Source: Podarcis filfolensis (lineage: Eukaryota). Taken from it: a stretch of DNA of 64,000 nucleotides. The notes under the pieces are model-generated. The model saw only the letters and a list, made by a program, of their open reading frames with translations. It had not been told where the DNA came from and did no database searches. Position numbers and translations under genes: made by a program. The stretch lies in NCBI GenBank assembly GCA_964270895.1, contig OZ185439.1, one strand, 5' to 3'. Of this stretch, positions 47,625-61,355 are shown piece after piece. The stretch's first letter is position 1; the number at the start of each line of letters is the position of its first letter.

Positions 47625-47760
47625 TTGCAAGCTGCCCTCTCCCAGCGTCAGTCTCGCATCTGCAAAATGGGGACAATAATATCCAGCTGTCAGTAAGGAT
47701 CAATGCATGTTAAAGAGCTAGGGAGTAAGAGGCACGGAGGCGTACTTCAATGATAAAGCG
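47625..47760 (+). mobile_element. Old MIR/CORE-SINE remnant
   Basis: cagtctcgcatctgcaaaatggggacaataata resembles the MIR core (catctgtaaaatggggataata). Confidence 0.55.
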
Positions 47761-50700
47761 CAATCACTTTCATGTAGCAAACATGCGTAGGATCGCGCTT
47801 TAAAAGTGCTGTGTAAAAGTTGCTGTTATTATTTTCACTGACTTGAACTGCCAGCGTAATATCTTCCCTTCTGTTTTGAGCCCTGACCCAGATCATACTT
47901 GAAGGAAGTCCCGAAGGAAGCCGAGGTTTGCATTTGGACTCATAACATCGACTCCCTTGTAGGCCCGCTTAGGACGCCAGCATTAGAAATTTAATGCTGT
48001 TTCGAAATTCTGAACATCTTTGGAGAGTCAGAGGACATTAACGTTCGCATTTTGAGTTGCAGGAAAACATATATATGAGATTCTAATCATTATATTTTAT
48101 TTTTAAATAAAAAGAAACTGAATCCCACCGGATATCTCTGACCTTCTTGCGCACATCGGTTGCATCTTTTCAAATACAGCTGCTTGACTCTCACTGGTTT
48201 GAATGGCACCAAACTGCGCCACGAGGCTCTCTGTTTTCTTCGCCAGGACTTGGAGAGTTTGTTGTTGGATCCCATCTATGCGCGTCGCCGACTTTCTCCC
48301 ACCTCGGATCTCAAACCTATAAACCGTACTACTTTTAAAATTTATTTTCTTCAAAAGCAAAACAAAAACAAAACCCTACCATTTTGCCGAACTCTTGAGG
48401 CTGGACGGAGAGGGGTGTGGGAGAAGCCACGCTCCCCTTGTCTCCAGGCCTCCCTCTTTGCGCGCCTCCTCGCGCTGGGTGTGGGTCGGTTTTTTTTTGG
48501 GGGGGGGGGACACACGGAGGGCGCTGCTCCTAATGGTTATTGTCTCGAGCCCATTAGCTTTTTTTCGCTGCCCGCTCCTGGTTTGAGCGCTGCCTCGTTG
48601 TCCCAGCCGCGCTGCGCACTGTTTAGACAAGGGATTAAGGTAATGGATGGAGCCGGAGTCCGCCCAAGCGAGGGGGATGTTGGCTGGAGCCGCGGCCGGA
48701 GCAGGAAGCCCTGCCGCCGCAGAAGGGATCCCCCACCCTCGTGGCCTCTAATGGCTCCATCAGCCCCGCAGGCCGGGGAGAAGACCCGGCAGAGCCGACA
48801 CGTCCGGCTGCTAATGGCCTCAAAACAAACAAGCAAATAAACAAACAACATCCAAGTCCCCCCATTTTAGCGAGCTCGGCGCCTTTGATCAGCTTTGGGA
48901 AGCTTCCGCGGGTCTGTAAACCTGGAAGCCAGGAACGCGAGACGAGGCATCTCACTAGGTGGCCTTAGAAAAGCCAGGATTCTTTCGGCCCTCCCCGTCT
49001 AACAATCTGGGGAGAACAGCCGATCTTGGAGGGCTGCACAGAGGGTCGCCCCGATTTCTCTCCAGCAGACGGCAAGGTAGATCTTAAGCAGGGGTTCTTG
49101 GAAGCCAAAAGTTCCCTTGAAACTGACGGCGTTTTTTCGACTGATCATATGTTTCCATCATATAATGTTATGTTATATGTTATATTTCTGTTAAGATGTG
49201 CCAACGTGTGTTGAGCAGACCTCTCTCCTAAGAAGAGGCACCCCTTTATTCGTTGACGCGCAGGAGACAGCGCCTCTTTTAAAATAGCGCTTGCCTCCTG
49301 CAGTTTTATGGTAATAATACATTAAAACAAACACGACGTTGACCGATTAATCTGAGGCATCTTTTTAGTTCATCCAAATATTCTCAGGGGATTAATTTGC
49401 CGGACTACCGTTGCAAGCCCTAGAGGTACTTAATTAGAAATAACTGCTACCCATTCACAAAAATCTTCAGCGAGAATTCGAACTTCCCTCCTAATTGGAA
49501 GGGTGGGGAAATTAATTCAGTGCCTGCAATCCTATGTTATGCTTTCTCGAAAGAAAGTCCCACGGTGTTCGGTGTTGACTCGAGTCTCGCCCTGGGTCAG
49601 TATGCATGGGATTGCTGTCTAAGGCGCGCAAACTGTGAGTAACGCAGGGTCGGGAAAAGTTGTTCGGGTGACTTAGCCCTGTCAAGTCATCTGAATTCTG
49701 AAATGTGCGCCCTTTGGAAGACTGAGCGCCCCCCGCCCCCCAACCATCCCGGGACCTCTGCGCCCACAGCCCCACATATCTAATGCTGCCATGCGCACCT
49801 TCGGAGACCGCACCATCTTCCAGCTCCTTCCCCTTCCAAATCCGGTCCACGAATCTTATTAGTTTTATTTTTATTATTTTATTGGTTAGTATTTGCGCCA
49901 CTAGCATTCATTGCAAGCCTCCTTCAGCACATTGTATGGAAAGGCGGAAGTAATTAATAAACTAAGGCACAGAAATCGTCAGAGCGATACAATCCGCGCG
50001 ATCCAGATGAGAGAAAATTAAGCGCTTTCTTGTCCTACTGATTCAAAAGCGACAGTTTAAAGAGGTTTAGAGATTGCCCATTGAAAACAATGAGACTTCA
50101 CCATGCTTAACACCGATTAGATCGGGTCGCTGCTTTATCAGGACTCTTTGACTTTTTATAGCCCGAACCTAAACTCTTTATCTGGGGAGGAACAACTCCT
50201 CACTAGGTGTTTGCTTCAGATATCTAAGCAGGAATGCTAAAACGTTGCAGTGATTGTATCCCACAGCAAAATGTGATTTCCCATGCAAGCAAATAGGTAC
50301 GGGAAAATCTGGTGGTTTGGAAGCAACTAGATTCGTATGGGAAAGCGACACCCATCTCTTTCTCCTTCGCTCTCGGACTGTGTGAATACACGTGTGAATG
50401 TTGTTCACGCAAGCTAGAAGGCAAAAGAGAACCATTTTTAAATTACAGGTATCTGTATTTTCAGGATAGCGGTTGCCTAATGGGCTTTAGCTTCTCTATT
50501 TCGTAGCTAGCATTGTTCACCTTGGAGCTGGTTCCTTTGGTTAGTTTTTAAAAAGCGACTAGGGCAGCACTTCCTTTGGCGAATTTCGTTTGGCTTAGTC
50601 TGCTCTCTCCTCGCATTTAAAAGACTTCCACGAGGTCCGAGCAATTGCTGGCGGGCATCCCTGGAGCAGTTAAGGCTGGCGACGCGGATTGAAACACAGG

Positions 50701-51374
50701 CGTAGCCCCCAGTTTGATATTGGCTTAACTGTCCCCCACTAAAATTCACTCAGCGGGTTGGCAAGACATTGGCCAAAGGGAAGAGTTTTGAATTTCCATT
50801 GATTTCATTGGGAAATTAAGCAGATACTTAAAAAGCCTTTGCCCCTGAAAGCGGGAACTGACGCGCGTTTACTCAAAAGTAGGTTGTAGACAGTCAGTTT
50901 ATTTATTTATATTTTATATACCGCTTACCATTACAAATAAATCTAGAAGCGGTTTACGAAGGAAGAAATAAAAGCACACTGAAACATTTAAACCGTTCCA
51001 TTTTTAATAATAATAAGAATAACAATAACAATAACAACAACAGCAGCAGGCATGAAACAAAACCAACATTAAATAAACCACGGGTATGTGGCTGCGTGGA
51101 AAGTAGCGACTAAAACATAATCGTTAGATAAGACAAGGTTACAAAACAAGGACCCTGTTATACCAAGGGAGAATAATCCGGCTATTCAACAATAACAACA
51201 ACAACGTATATCAACATTAGTAGAGGGCTGTAGAATCAGAGAGGAGGTGTTTAATGGACTTCGGAAGCACCCAGCGCTTTCCCAGTCGAGGAGCGCGGGG
51301 GCGCTCCAGAGGGCAGGGGCCACCACCAACAAGGCACACTTTCACCTGTTGTCGCCTGAGGGCATTCCACAGCT

Positions 51375-51660
51375 CATAGAATCATAGCATCATAGAACTG
51401 CAGAGTTGGAAGGGACCCCCAGGGTCATCTAGTCTAACCCTCTGCAGTGCAGGAATCTCAACTAAAAGCATCCATGGCAGATGGCCATCCAACCTGTGTT
51501 CAAAAACCTTCAAAGAAGGAGTCTATGACAGGCATAGGCAAATTCGACCCTCCAGGTGTTTTGGAACTACAACTCCCATGACCCCTAGCCAGGGATGGTG
51601 GGTATTGTAGTCCCAAAACATCTGGAGGGCCGAGTTTGCCTATGCCTGGTCTACCACCTC
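51375..51660 (-). mobile_element. CR1 3' end interrupted by a hAT MITE
   Basis: catagaatcatag..gagttggaagggacccc..gtcatctagtc..ccatccaacc is the reverse complement of the CR1 terminus; it resumes after 51648. Confidence 0.75.
51529..51648. mobile_element. Short palindromic hAT MITE
   Basis: TIR CAGGCATAGGCAAA/TTTGCCTATGCCTG; core gaactacaactcccatg..ttgtagtccc; TSD GTCTATGA/GTCTACCA (6/8). Confidence 0.85.
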
Positions 51661-52347
51661 ACCGGACCTTCAGTTCAGAGAGGGGCAGCCTTAGAGTCCA
51701 GCAACGTCTGGAGAGTCACAACTCTCATCACCCCTGACCATGGACCAGGCCGGATTGAATGAAGCCCTTTGCTTTGGGCTGGATCGTGTCCCCACGGCCT
51801 GAAGCAAGTGAGCCCCATTGGATTTTAATGCATTGCACTTCCGTGGCCACAGCCGTCGGGGCATTGTCTCTCCCAGGCCCCCGAGGAGATAAATTGGAGC
51901 GTCCCCTCCCTTCCCGTGCCCCCTCTTTCCCCCCATCCCGTTCAGTGGGTCTAAGGACCTCGCCTGGAGCGGGCGGCGGCGCTGGCTCGCCCTCCTTCCC
52001 TCCCTCCCATCCCGGCTCCATATTTACACAGCGCCTGCCCTTGTGTAAACTCGGCCCGGGCCGTGGTTATTCTCAGGCCGGTCTGTTTGTCGTTGCCTGT
52101 CAGCAGCGCCCGATGAGAAAGTGCCCTTCCCGGCGCTCCGCCCGCGCTGATTTATGTGGGAACCTCACGAGGGAATGTGGACGGAGCGTCCGGGCGGACG
52201 CGCCCACGGGGGGCAGCAGCAGCAGCAACTGCTGCGAAGCCCAGGGAGGCCCTCGGGTGGGCGCCTTCGCTGCCAGGCAGTCCAGCCCCTCTGGCAGCCA
52301 CCTCCGCAGAGAACTCTGGTCATGTGGACCGACCGCAGGATCTCGAG

Positions 52348-52555
52348 GGGGCCAGCCAGTGTGGCATAATGGTTAGAGCATTGGACTATGACCTGAGAGA
52401 GTGACCTGGGACTGGATGACCATGGGCCAATCACCATCCTTTAGGTTCACCTGCCTCACAGGTTGTGAGGATGAACTGGGGTGGAGGAGAACCATGTAGA
52501 ACCACCTTGAAATCCTTGGAAGAGAAAGGTGGGGTGTAACACTAATAAATAAAAA
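52348..52555 (+). mobile_element. MIR-related (CORE) SINE
   Basis: tRNA-like head gtggcataatggttagagcattggact; body cctcacaggttgtgaggat..ccaccttgaaatccttgga..aaaggtgggg; A-rich tail. A similar 3' part lies at about 56665-56785. Confidence 0.65.
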
Positions 52556-52652
52556 TATATGCCCTTAAAACACATTCCCCACCTTCAATGAATTCTGAAC
52601 ACTGTCGTTTACCCCTCACAGAGTTACAATCCTAGCAGCCTTTAACAAACTA

Positions 52653-52958
52653 AAGGTAAAGGGACCCCTGAACATTAGGTCCAGTCGTGACGGACTCTGG
52701 GGTTGCGGCGCTCATCTCGCTTTATTGGCCAAGGGAGCCGGCGTACAGCTTCCGGGTCATGTGGCCAGCATGACTAAGCTGCTTCTGGCGAACCAGAGCA
52801 GTGCATGGAAACGCCGTTTATCTTCCCACCTGAGCGGTACCTATTTATCTACTTGCACTGGAGTGCTTTCGACCCCCGTCACGGGGATTTGAACCGCTGA
52901 CCTTCTGATCTGCAAGCCCTAGGCCCTGTGGTTTAACCCACAGGGCCACCCGCGTCCC
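52653..52958 (-). mobile_element. Sauria SINE
   Basis: Reverse complement begins GGGACGCGGGTGGC..GGTTAAACC and ends in the BovB-derived tail GGGTCCCTTTACCTTT; 12-bp TSD TTTAACAAACTA (52641-52652, 52959-52970); appears to lack a short internal segment. Confidence 0.92.
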
Positions 52959-54086
52959 TTTAACAAACTACAATGCTCATAATTCTTTGAGACAGAGCAG
53001 ATCGCATAGCACACACCAGCTGATTCCCCCAACACCTTCCTGCCACTGCTTCCTACCTCACATCACCTGCTGCCTCACTCTGTCCTAGTTATTGCAGAAG
53101 GTGAAAACGTACTTTCCCCAACTGGTACCTTTTACAGTGAAATCTAATTCCTCCCAACACGGAGCTAGAAACCTGATTTCCCAAACCAGCCCCCTTATTG
53201 CAGTAGTTTAGTTTGAAGTGTAGTCACATGTCATGATCATCTGCTGACCAGTTTTTGCGTTATCATTACAGATAATGAAGAATTCACACACAGTCTGCAC
53301 CATAACATTCTGCATTATTATTTTAAAAAGGAACCGTACAAGTCTGTAGTTATGCAGAAGTTATCTATGTTTGTGATTAAAATAAAGCAAAGGAGTGACA
53401 AGATTGAAGATGGTCCTGAAACTTTTTATTCCAAAACATCACAGATAAAATCCGCCTTTCCACAAACTTATTCAGTTGCTTGTCATCACTCATTCTTCTG
53501 CACTATATTAATTTAGGCAATATTACTATGTTCCATATTCTACTAAGCCCACTCCCCCAGTTTCATGCTATCCAGATCCTGGCACCAGTAAGAAGATTAA
53601 GAACCATTTCCAAGTCAACTCAGTTGTTTTGCTCAACTGCTTTCTTTTGCAGAGAAATCTCATTTCCCCAATGCCGAATTAAACAATTGATTTCCTAAAT
53701 GAGTCCACTTATTGCAATAGTTTATGCAGTTTGAACTATAGTCGCATGTCAGGATCACCTATTTATTAATTTTTGTATTATAACAGATAAGGAGCAACAC
53801 ATACATACACAATCATGCATGCATGCACACACACATGCACACATGCACACACAGACTATGTCATAACTTTCTGCATTAATTTTTTTTAATGAAAAGAACT
53901 GACCTTTTTAAAGGAGCTAAACATTACTTGTTGTATCATTCCTATGGCTACACTCATCTGAGCAGCAGCAACAACAACAACAACAACAAAACTCAGTGGA
54001 TCATACTCTTTTCCTTAGCAATTCTAAGCAATACTAACAAGACAGGGGAAATATGTAAGCCCATTGCATCATCATCATCATCATTA

Positions 54087-54310
54087 CAGTGGTACCTCGG
54101 GTTAAGTACTTAATTCGTTCCGGAGGTCCGTTCTTAACCTGAAACTGTTCTTAACCTGAAGCACCACTTTAGCAATGGGGCCTCCTGCTGCTGCACCGCG
54201 GCGGCGGCACGATTTTTGTTCTCATCCTGAAGTTCTTAACCCGAGGTACTATTTCTGGGTTAGCAGAGTCTGTAACCTGAAGCGTATGTACGTAACCCAA
54301 GGTACCACTG
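54087..54310. mobile_element. Tc1/mariner (Tigger-like) MITE
   Basis: TIR CAGTGGTACCT(C/T)GGGTTA, TA TSD on both sides; inserted in an L2-like tail. Confidence 0.88.
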
Positions 54311-54533
54311 TATTACCATAATCATCATCTGCCTGCCCTTCAGCCTTAGGTCCCATGGCAGATTACAACTATTAAAACACAGTGTTAAAAGCACTTAAAA
54401 CAACTTACATGTGCAATGTGGCAAGGCTATTCCCACTGTCCAATTGCTTTGGGGTTATGACCCAGGACAGTTCAATTTTAGCACTAAAGAAAGAAAAACC
54501 TGTATGAGCCTGAGGTTTTCTGCTGCTATAGAC

Positions 54534-54803
54534 CAGGGGTAGGTAACCTAAGGCCCATGGTCCACAAGCGGCCCACAGAGGTCATTTAACTGGCCCATGA
54601 GCCGCCCCCGAACTGAACCGCTTGCTCTGTGAGTTCCCACGTGCTGCGCTACAACGGTGCAGTGTGGCATGGGGACTTGCTTCCGCAGCGCCGAAAATTG
54701 CGTCTGTGCATGTGCAGACACTGTAAATTGTGTCTGCACAGACGCCGGAGGGATCTCCACTGGAGTGAACCGGCCCTGGTGAGGTAAACTTTGCCAACCC
54801 CTG
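54534..54803. mobile_element. hAT MITE
   Basis: TIR CAGGGGTAGG/CCAACCCCTG; perfect 8-bp TSD CTATAGAC (54526-54533, 54804-54811). Confidence 0.88.
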
Positions 54804-55929
54804 CTATAGACTCTTCAGCTCATACAATGTGTTTATGTGTCTGTTTGTAACATGGTACCTTGGTCTCCTAAGGCAGCCCGCAAGTTTCTCATGAACGGCC
54901 ACTCAATGAACACTGAGGCATATCTAGCCCGGCCCAAATGCTTAGCCAGTTCTTCATGCTAACTGGAAGGATATCAGTTCTGGAAAAATCATTCTCGAGT
55001 CTCCTGAAATTCATTGACAGCATTCCAATTTGGACATTTCCTAACACATCATTGGGGAAGGGACAGTCAATGACATGAGAAATCCCTTCCTGAGAGATGA
55101 CACCAAGTGGCCTTTCTCTTGCCTGGATCTGGATGAAGATCACAAACTGCAGAATTATTCCGGGTAACCACCAAACATTTCGGGCCACTGCAGTCTTCTA
55201 GAAAATGTTAGCAATGTACAATATGATGAGTTAAGTGAGATGAGCTCTTTCGTAAGGCCCAGCCTTTTAAAGGCTTTGGGATAAGCAGCAGTTGCACATG
55301 CCCAAGCCTGTCTAGGCTCCCTGAGATGATCTCTCCTTGCATTTTGGAGGATCTTGCTTTCTCTGGAGTTACAGTCCAAGAAGCTGCTTCTTAAACCGAG
55401 CTGCGTTGGGAGAAGAAGCCCATTCTTTGATTCATTACTGTGGCTCTTTCTTTAGCTCATTCAGCAGTTGTAAAACAATAAATAAAACTGATTTCGTTCC
55501 TATACAAAGGAAGGTGTATTTGTTGAGTACTGAGGATAATAACAGCACAGTCCAAACCCAAGATCTGTCGGGATGACAGTTTGGATTTGGTCGGTCTTGT
55601 TTCCCACCCCCTCACCCCCACCCCACCCCGCTGAGCCAGGGCTCAGCTGGGGCTATGCTGGTAGAAGTCTCTCACCCCGACCAAGTTGTAGATACAGCAG
55701 TGTAAATCCCTCACTCTGGCTCAGTCAATGCTCAGCCAGCAGAAATTAGGATGGCTACTAGTAGCTTTATTTGCTTTATGTAAAACACAAAAATACATAA
55801 CATTTTTGTAGTTTTATTTGCTTTATATTGGCTCTTGGTAATTAAAAAATCAGACCAAATTTACATACTAATAATCCTTATCCATTTTGTTCCTAAACTA
55901 ATGTTACTGGTCATGCAAATTATTTAGTA

Positions 55930-56175
55930 AATTCCTATACCACCCTTCAAACAAGGATCACAGGGCAGTTTACAATATAAAAACACAAAAATACATAACA
56001 TAGTAACAAACAAAACCAGTACCCCACACCACAGTTTAAAAGGTCATATATGGTTTAATTAGCCAAAGGCCTGGGAGAAGAGAAATGTTTCTGCCTGGCG
56101 TCCAAAGATATGTAAGGAAGGTACCAGGCGAGACTCCCTGAGGAGAGCATTTCACAAGCTGGGAGCCACCACAGA
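55930..56175 (-). mobile_element. L2 LINE 3' end
   Basis: taccacccttc..ggcagtttacaa..aaaggcctgggagaagag..gcctggcg..gggagccaccacagaaa is typical of reverse-oriented squamate L2 ends. Confidence 0.6.
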
Positions 56176-59100
56176 AATGGCTTATGAGGTTTACGGGTTG
56201 GAAAATGGGGTTAATATTCTTCCTTCAGCATTTGGCTCAGCTTTACGCCACTTCTAATTCTTCCTTCTGGTAGTTCTGGCTCACCTACTTGGTCATTAGT
56301 GAAAAAGCACAGGAACAGCAAGGCCAGGAAAGGGAAACCAGGGTGTCTCCAAGCATATCAGTTCCTTGATGGATAAGGAAATATCACTTTCTGCAGAGCA
56401 GGCAACTGGGTAGCAGATTCCTCAGTACCAGAATCCATTGGCACTGCTGTGCTATCTTTTAAAATCCACATGGCACAACTGCATCTTCTACTGAGTTATC
56501 TTTGCTGTGGCCCCCGATGCATCTTCCATGCTGAGCTTGGAGAGAACATAAGCCCAGATTCAAAAAAGTTCAAGACTTTGATTGGCAGAGTGCAAGGTGT
56601 GGACTAAGACAGGCAAACTCAAGGCCTGAGTGAAAACAAGTATAAATATAGAATCCCCTTTTAGCCTTTCAGCCCTAACCTATCTCACAGGGCGGTTGTG
56701 GTGATTAAATGGGGAGGGGGAAGAACAATGAAGGCCACCTTGAGTTCCTTGGAGGAAAAGGTGAAATATAAATGCAATAAATAAAAAATAAGCATACATC
56801 CAATATCCTTTCCAGAGGAGGATAAACCTGCATCCCACCCACCCTCAAACCACATCCCAGAGAAAAGGGAAAAGAAAAGAAAGGAGAAAGAAAGCCAAGT
56901 TGGGGTGAGGGGGGCGGAGAGAGACTTTGCTTAAGGAAGAGAGTCTCCCAGCTGTTCACTTAAAGGATGAAGCAGTAGATATGTTTCATCAACCCTCTCA
57001 GTTCCTCGTTTGACTGATTCTCTGCTCACCTTGGACTGCGCAAACTGGAAAATGCAATAAGAAGCTTGTAGGGTAAAATGCATGTCAGATTGAATCCGAT
57101 TTATTTGTGGTGGCTGGGAATGTCCTTATTTTTAAGGGTTTATTTTTAGAAATTTTTGAATAGGGCTTAGGGCCGGGAGCTTTTAAGGGTGGTTGCAATA
57201 ACATTAGTGACGGTGGGCAGAGCTGATGTGTAAAAGCTGTCCTCAAAATCCAATTACAGGAGTGCGAAAAGGTCACGTTGTCGTTGAGTCAAAGCAGGGT
57301 AGGAAATGCCTGCACCAGGGAGCCGCTGCTGGCTGATTTTATATGGAATATTTCATGCTAGTTGTATATGCAAGCTCCATGCTGCCTCCCAGTTACAGAC
57401 TGTTAAAAGCCCGTTAAGACTATTCCTCTTCTGAAAGAGGGTTGCTCGTAAATCACATCTGAGCAGTTTGTTAGATCACAGCTCTCCGGTGTCTGAGGCT
57501 CAGTTCCCATAAAGCACACTACAATACGCGAGGACCCAGCTGCCTGCTACTCACTCAGCATTCACCGGCCTCGACCAAGTGGTTGAAGTTAGGAGGCCTA
57601 TGAGAAATGGTTGATGTGAGTTGAGTGACAGCAGCCAACTAAGGTCTCTGTGCTTTCAACAGCTGCATAGCACACAACTGAGTCAGCTTTCCCAATTGCT
57701 GCATCTCTCTTGCCTGGCAAGGCAGCATTCACAGAATTTATGCCATTCATTCAGTTTTACAGGAACCCAGTGGTGGGTTGGCTAATAGGTACACAGCAGC
57801 AGCCTTAGGGGGAGCAGGGGGAACCCTGCAATTTGCATGGAAGGGGTAAACTGAACTAGGCTGATTTTGGCACCAGTTTGTTGAAACCACTGGAAGAACA
57901 GTGTCTGCATGTGTCAGAATGGGGGGGGGAGGATGGGAATTTCAGCCAATAAAAATGTAAATGACCTGGTGAGTGTTTTATTGTTCAGTAAAATGCACAG
58001 CTTAGTTTGCTGTGTGTACAGTAGTTGGTGGGTTCTCTGCCAGGGGCTGCTGCAGAGATTCCGCCTTTCTCTTCTCTTGAAGAAGTTGGAGACGGCTGTG
58101 TCCTTTTGCCCATCATTCTTTCTCACGAGGCAACTATAGTCCTGATTCCTCTAGCTGGTTCTTCCAGACGTCCTGTCTATTGAGCATCCATCTTGATTTG
58201 TTTGCAGGAAGGGTAGATGATGTTGGCTATTTAAAGAGGATTTGTTTGCAAGGAGTTAAAATGATGTTGCTTCAAAGCGTTTTCCAGTGTATTTTCCCAT
58301 CACTTTCCTTATTACAAGACATCCTATCTTTCGGTGAAGCATGTTTGTTGCACAAGACCCCCAATCGGCTTTAATTGTGCAACCTGGATTTGATGGTATG
58401 TGGTTGAATCCCAGCTGAAAATAGCACAGGTAGGTGTGAAGGGAAGGGCCGTTGAAGCAGCAGCAACATAATACACAATCTATGGTTGGCTCCAGTTGCT
58501 TAAGAGGGGCATATGAAAAGTCTACGGACAAATCAGGCTTGTAAGTGGCTGTTTTGGCCCATTATTTATTTACCTAAACAGGCTCACACAATCACATACA
58601 CATACACAAAACCAGATGTAAAAACAATGAGACAATGAAACACAATAAAAATAATCATAAAAATAAAATCAACAGCAGGAAGAAGGAAAGAAAGCATGCT
58701 AAGCAATAAATAATGCAGCAGACAAAAAGAAAAATTTCCTGAACAACAACAAAAATGTTTTGACATAATGCTGGAAGGCCAGACCTGCGTAAGTTAAAAG
58801 GCCAGAGGCAATGGCTGGAAAGGTCCCTGTCCTGTGTACCCACTTGCCTAAATTGTCAGGGTGCAGGAGATCTAGAGAGGGACCTCAGGTGACTACCAAG
58901 AGTGTTGCCACATTCAGAATAGTGAAAGAAGGTGGTCCCTATGATTGGGAAAGGGCTGTAGCTCAGTGGCATATTTATTTATTTCCAGGGGGATATCTGG
59001 GCTAATTTCTTGCAGCAAAAACAACTAGGAGGCCACCTCTCAATCATCACTATTTTCTGAAAGGGATTCCGTTGCATACTGGAAATTTAAGTTTCTACAA

Positions 59101-61355
59101 CTGAAGGGCTCTGTTGCTCTACAGCAGCGTTCACCAACCTGGTGTCCTCCAGATGCCATTGGACTACAACTCCCATCAGCCCCAGCAAGCACGAGAAAGG
59201 TCAACATGTCCAGCCATCCTCACTAGGGAGCATGATGGGGAAGGCTTCACCTGCAGAATGTCATGCAGCTGTAAAATGCACAGGAGCCCTACCAGAAACA
59301 AGGAGGCAACCCTTCTGCTCTGTGTACATCCACCCGCTCAAGTCATGTACGAGCATGACTTGGAGTAACGGCTGTATTTTGAACACTGAGAAAACAGTGC
59401 AGAGAGAAGCTACTATTAATATCTTTTTTTAAGAGTGGGAGATCCTAGTCATGGTTTGGCTCTCAGGCTGTGAAGCTCGAAAGCCCGAGGAATTGTTTGT
59501 CATGCAGAAGAGAAGGTAGCTAAATTTAATTTGCAGTATAAACAGACCAACATTACGTGCCACTTCCTGGGAATCATTTTGGATACATTGTGGATGTGAA
59601 GGATCCCTGCAGACAATATAAAGGACAAAGGTAAGAGGAAATACGTGTTTCTGAGAAACTTGCAGCTCACTATTCTGTTTTCATCACCTTCTGAATAACT
59701 GCATATAATATTTATGCTTTCCTGCCATACAAAGTAGTTTTCAGTGGTGAAGAAGACATCAGTAGCTTTCCATGTCACTTTAAATGTGTTGGTTACAAGA
59801 GCAAACTCCCATATAGTAGACATTTTGATCAGTGGCCCTTGGACAGATGTAGTCAACATGGCACCCTCCAGCTGCTGTGAACTAGAACTCCCGTTACCCT
59901 GCCCATTGGCCATGCTGGATGGGGCTGATGAGAGCTGCAATCTAGGAACATCTGTGGGACCCCACATTGGCTATCGCTGTCCTAGAATATCAGCAAAAAA
60001 CATTTTTGCTCACAACCAACTTCTTGGAACAAAACATGGTACAGAGTTATGGCCTTTCTCTTTTTAAAGTGGCTTTGCTCTTATTTATGCCATTAACTTC
60101 TCATCCCATTCTGCTTTATTTTTCTCAATTTTTCCTTCTGCCTCCCCACTTTGCTTCTCCTTGAGCTCAATTTCCTAACATTATTACATCTCACCTCTCC
60201 ATGAGGTTAAGGTGCTTCTGTAACTAGTCAGTAGTCTCTCTCCCCCCACTCATCCACCCCACTTTATGCCATGGCAATTTAAAATCTTGTATTTTAAATT
60301 GCACTACTTTAAACCTGCACTACACAGACAAATCCTTGTGTGAAAGTCACTGGCTGTTTGGTTGTGTACACCAGTGGTTCCCAATTAGCGGCCCAGGGAC
60401 CTCTGGGGGTCTGCAGAACGCACCCAGGGAGTCTGCGGCCCCATCCCTTGCCTCCCCCCAACTAGTTTTTGTCATTTCTGCATGGTAATATCACAAATTT
60501 TATGGTCTGTTTTAGCGCCTTGCAATTTTTCAATATATTGGCCAAAATCGGTTTTGAAATCACACAATGATAACAATTTTGACCAGGCAATATGCAGCGA
60601 TACATTACTCCTCGTATGAGAGAGAGAAGCGCAGCCAGTTTCAAGGCATCGCTGATATCGCAGTATTATCTCAGCTGATCTGAGCTGCCTTCCCTCACAC
60701 TGAGGGAAAACAGGGCAGCCGATTGCAAGGCGCTCCCTTCCCCTCATGATGAGGGAAAACATGGCAGCTGATCACCCTCACTTTAAGGCACCATGGCACT
60801 ACCTTCCCCTGGCATGGAGGTGGAGCAGCTTTTCTCAGTCCACAGGAAAGCAGCAGCAGCCACTGTGGATCTGCACTTTCACCGGCTGCCACCAGAGCAG
60901 TAGCTAGGTGATCTTGCGCCCCTGGCAGAACTGTCCAGATTGTGCCACCCTAGCCACTGACAAATTAGCTCTTCTTTCCGCCTCTCTTCCAACCCCCCAT
61001 TCAATTCACCCTCCATTTAGAACCTTTTCTTATGAGGCAATAATCAATATTTTTATTTATAGACATATTTCTGGACATATTTTAAAACTGATTTTGCACA
61101 CACCCCTTGCCTGTGCCCCACCTCACCACCCCCTAGCTATGGCCCTGACTGCCAGCACTGGCTGCCCCTCCCACTCAATCCACTTCCTCTTCTCCTCGCA
61201 CCCACCAATCCGATCTCTGCGGCTGCTCCTTCCCTCATCCCCACACCTGATCTCCAATTTCAGGCATTGTGATATATCAGAATACCATGTTTAGCTGCTG
61301 ATACATCACAATGTTGAAAACCAGGTATCGCTCAGCCCTAGTCTGTTTTTTAGTA

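Noticed and set aside
58940-58970. tRNA-like GGGCTGTAGCTCAGTGG
   Set aside because: Only the 5' half is present; it is a SINE head fragment, not a tRNA gene. The same applies to 3030 and 35397.
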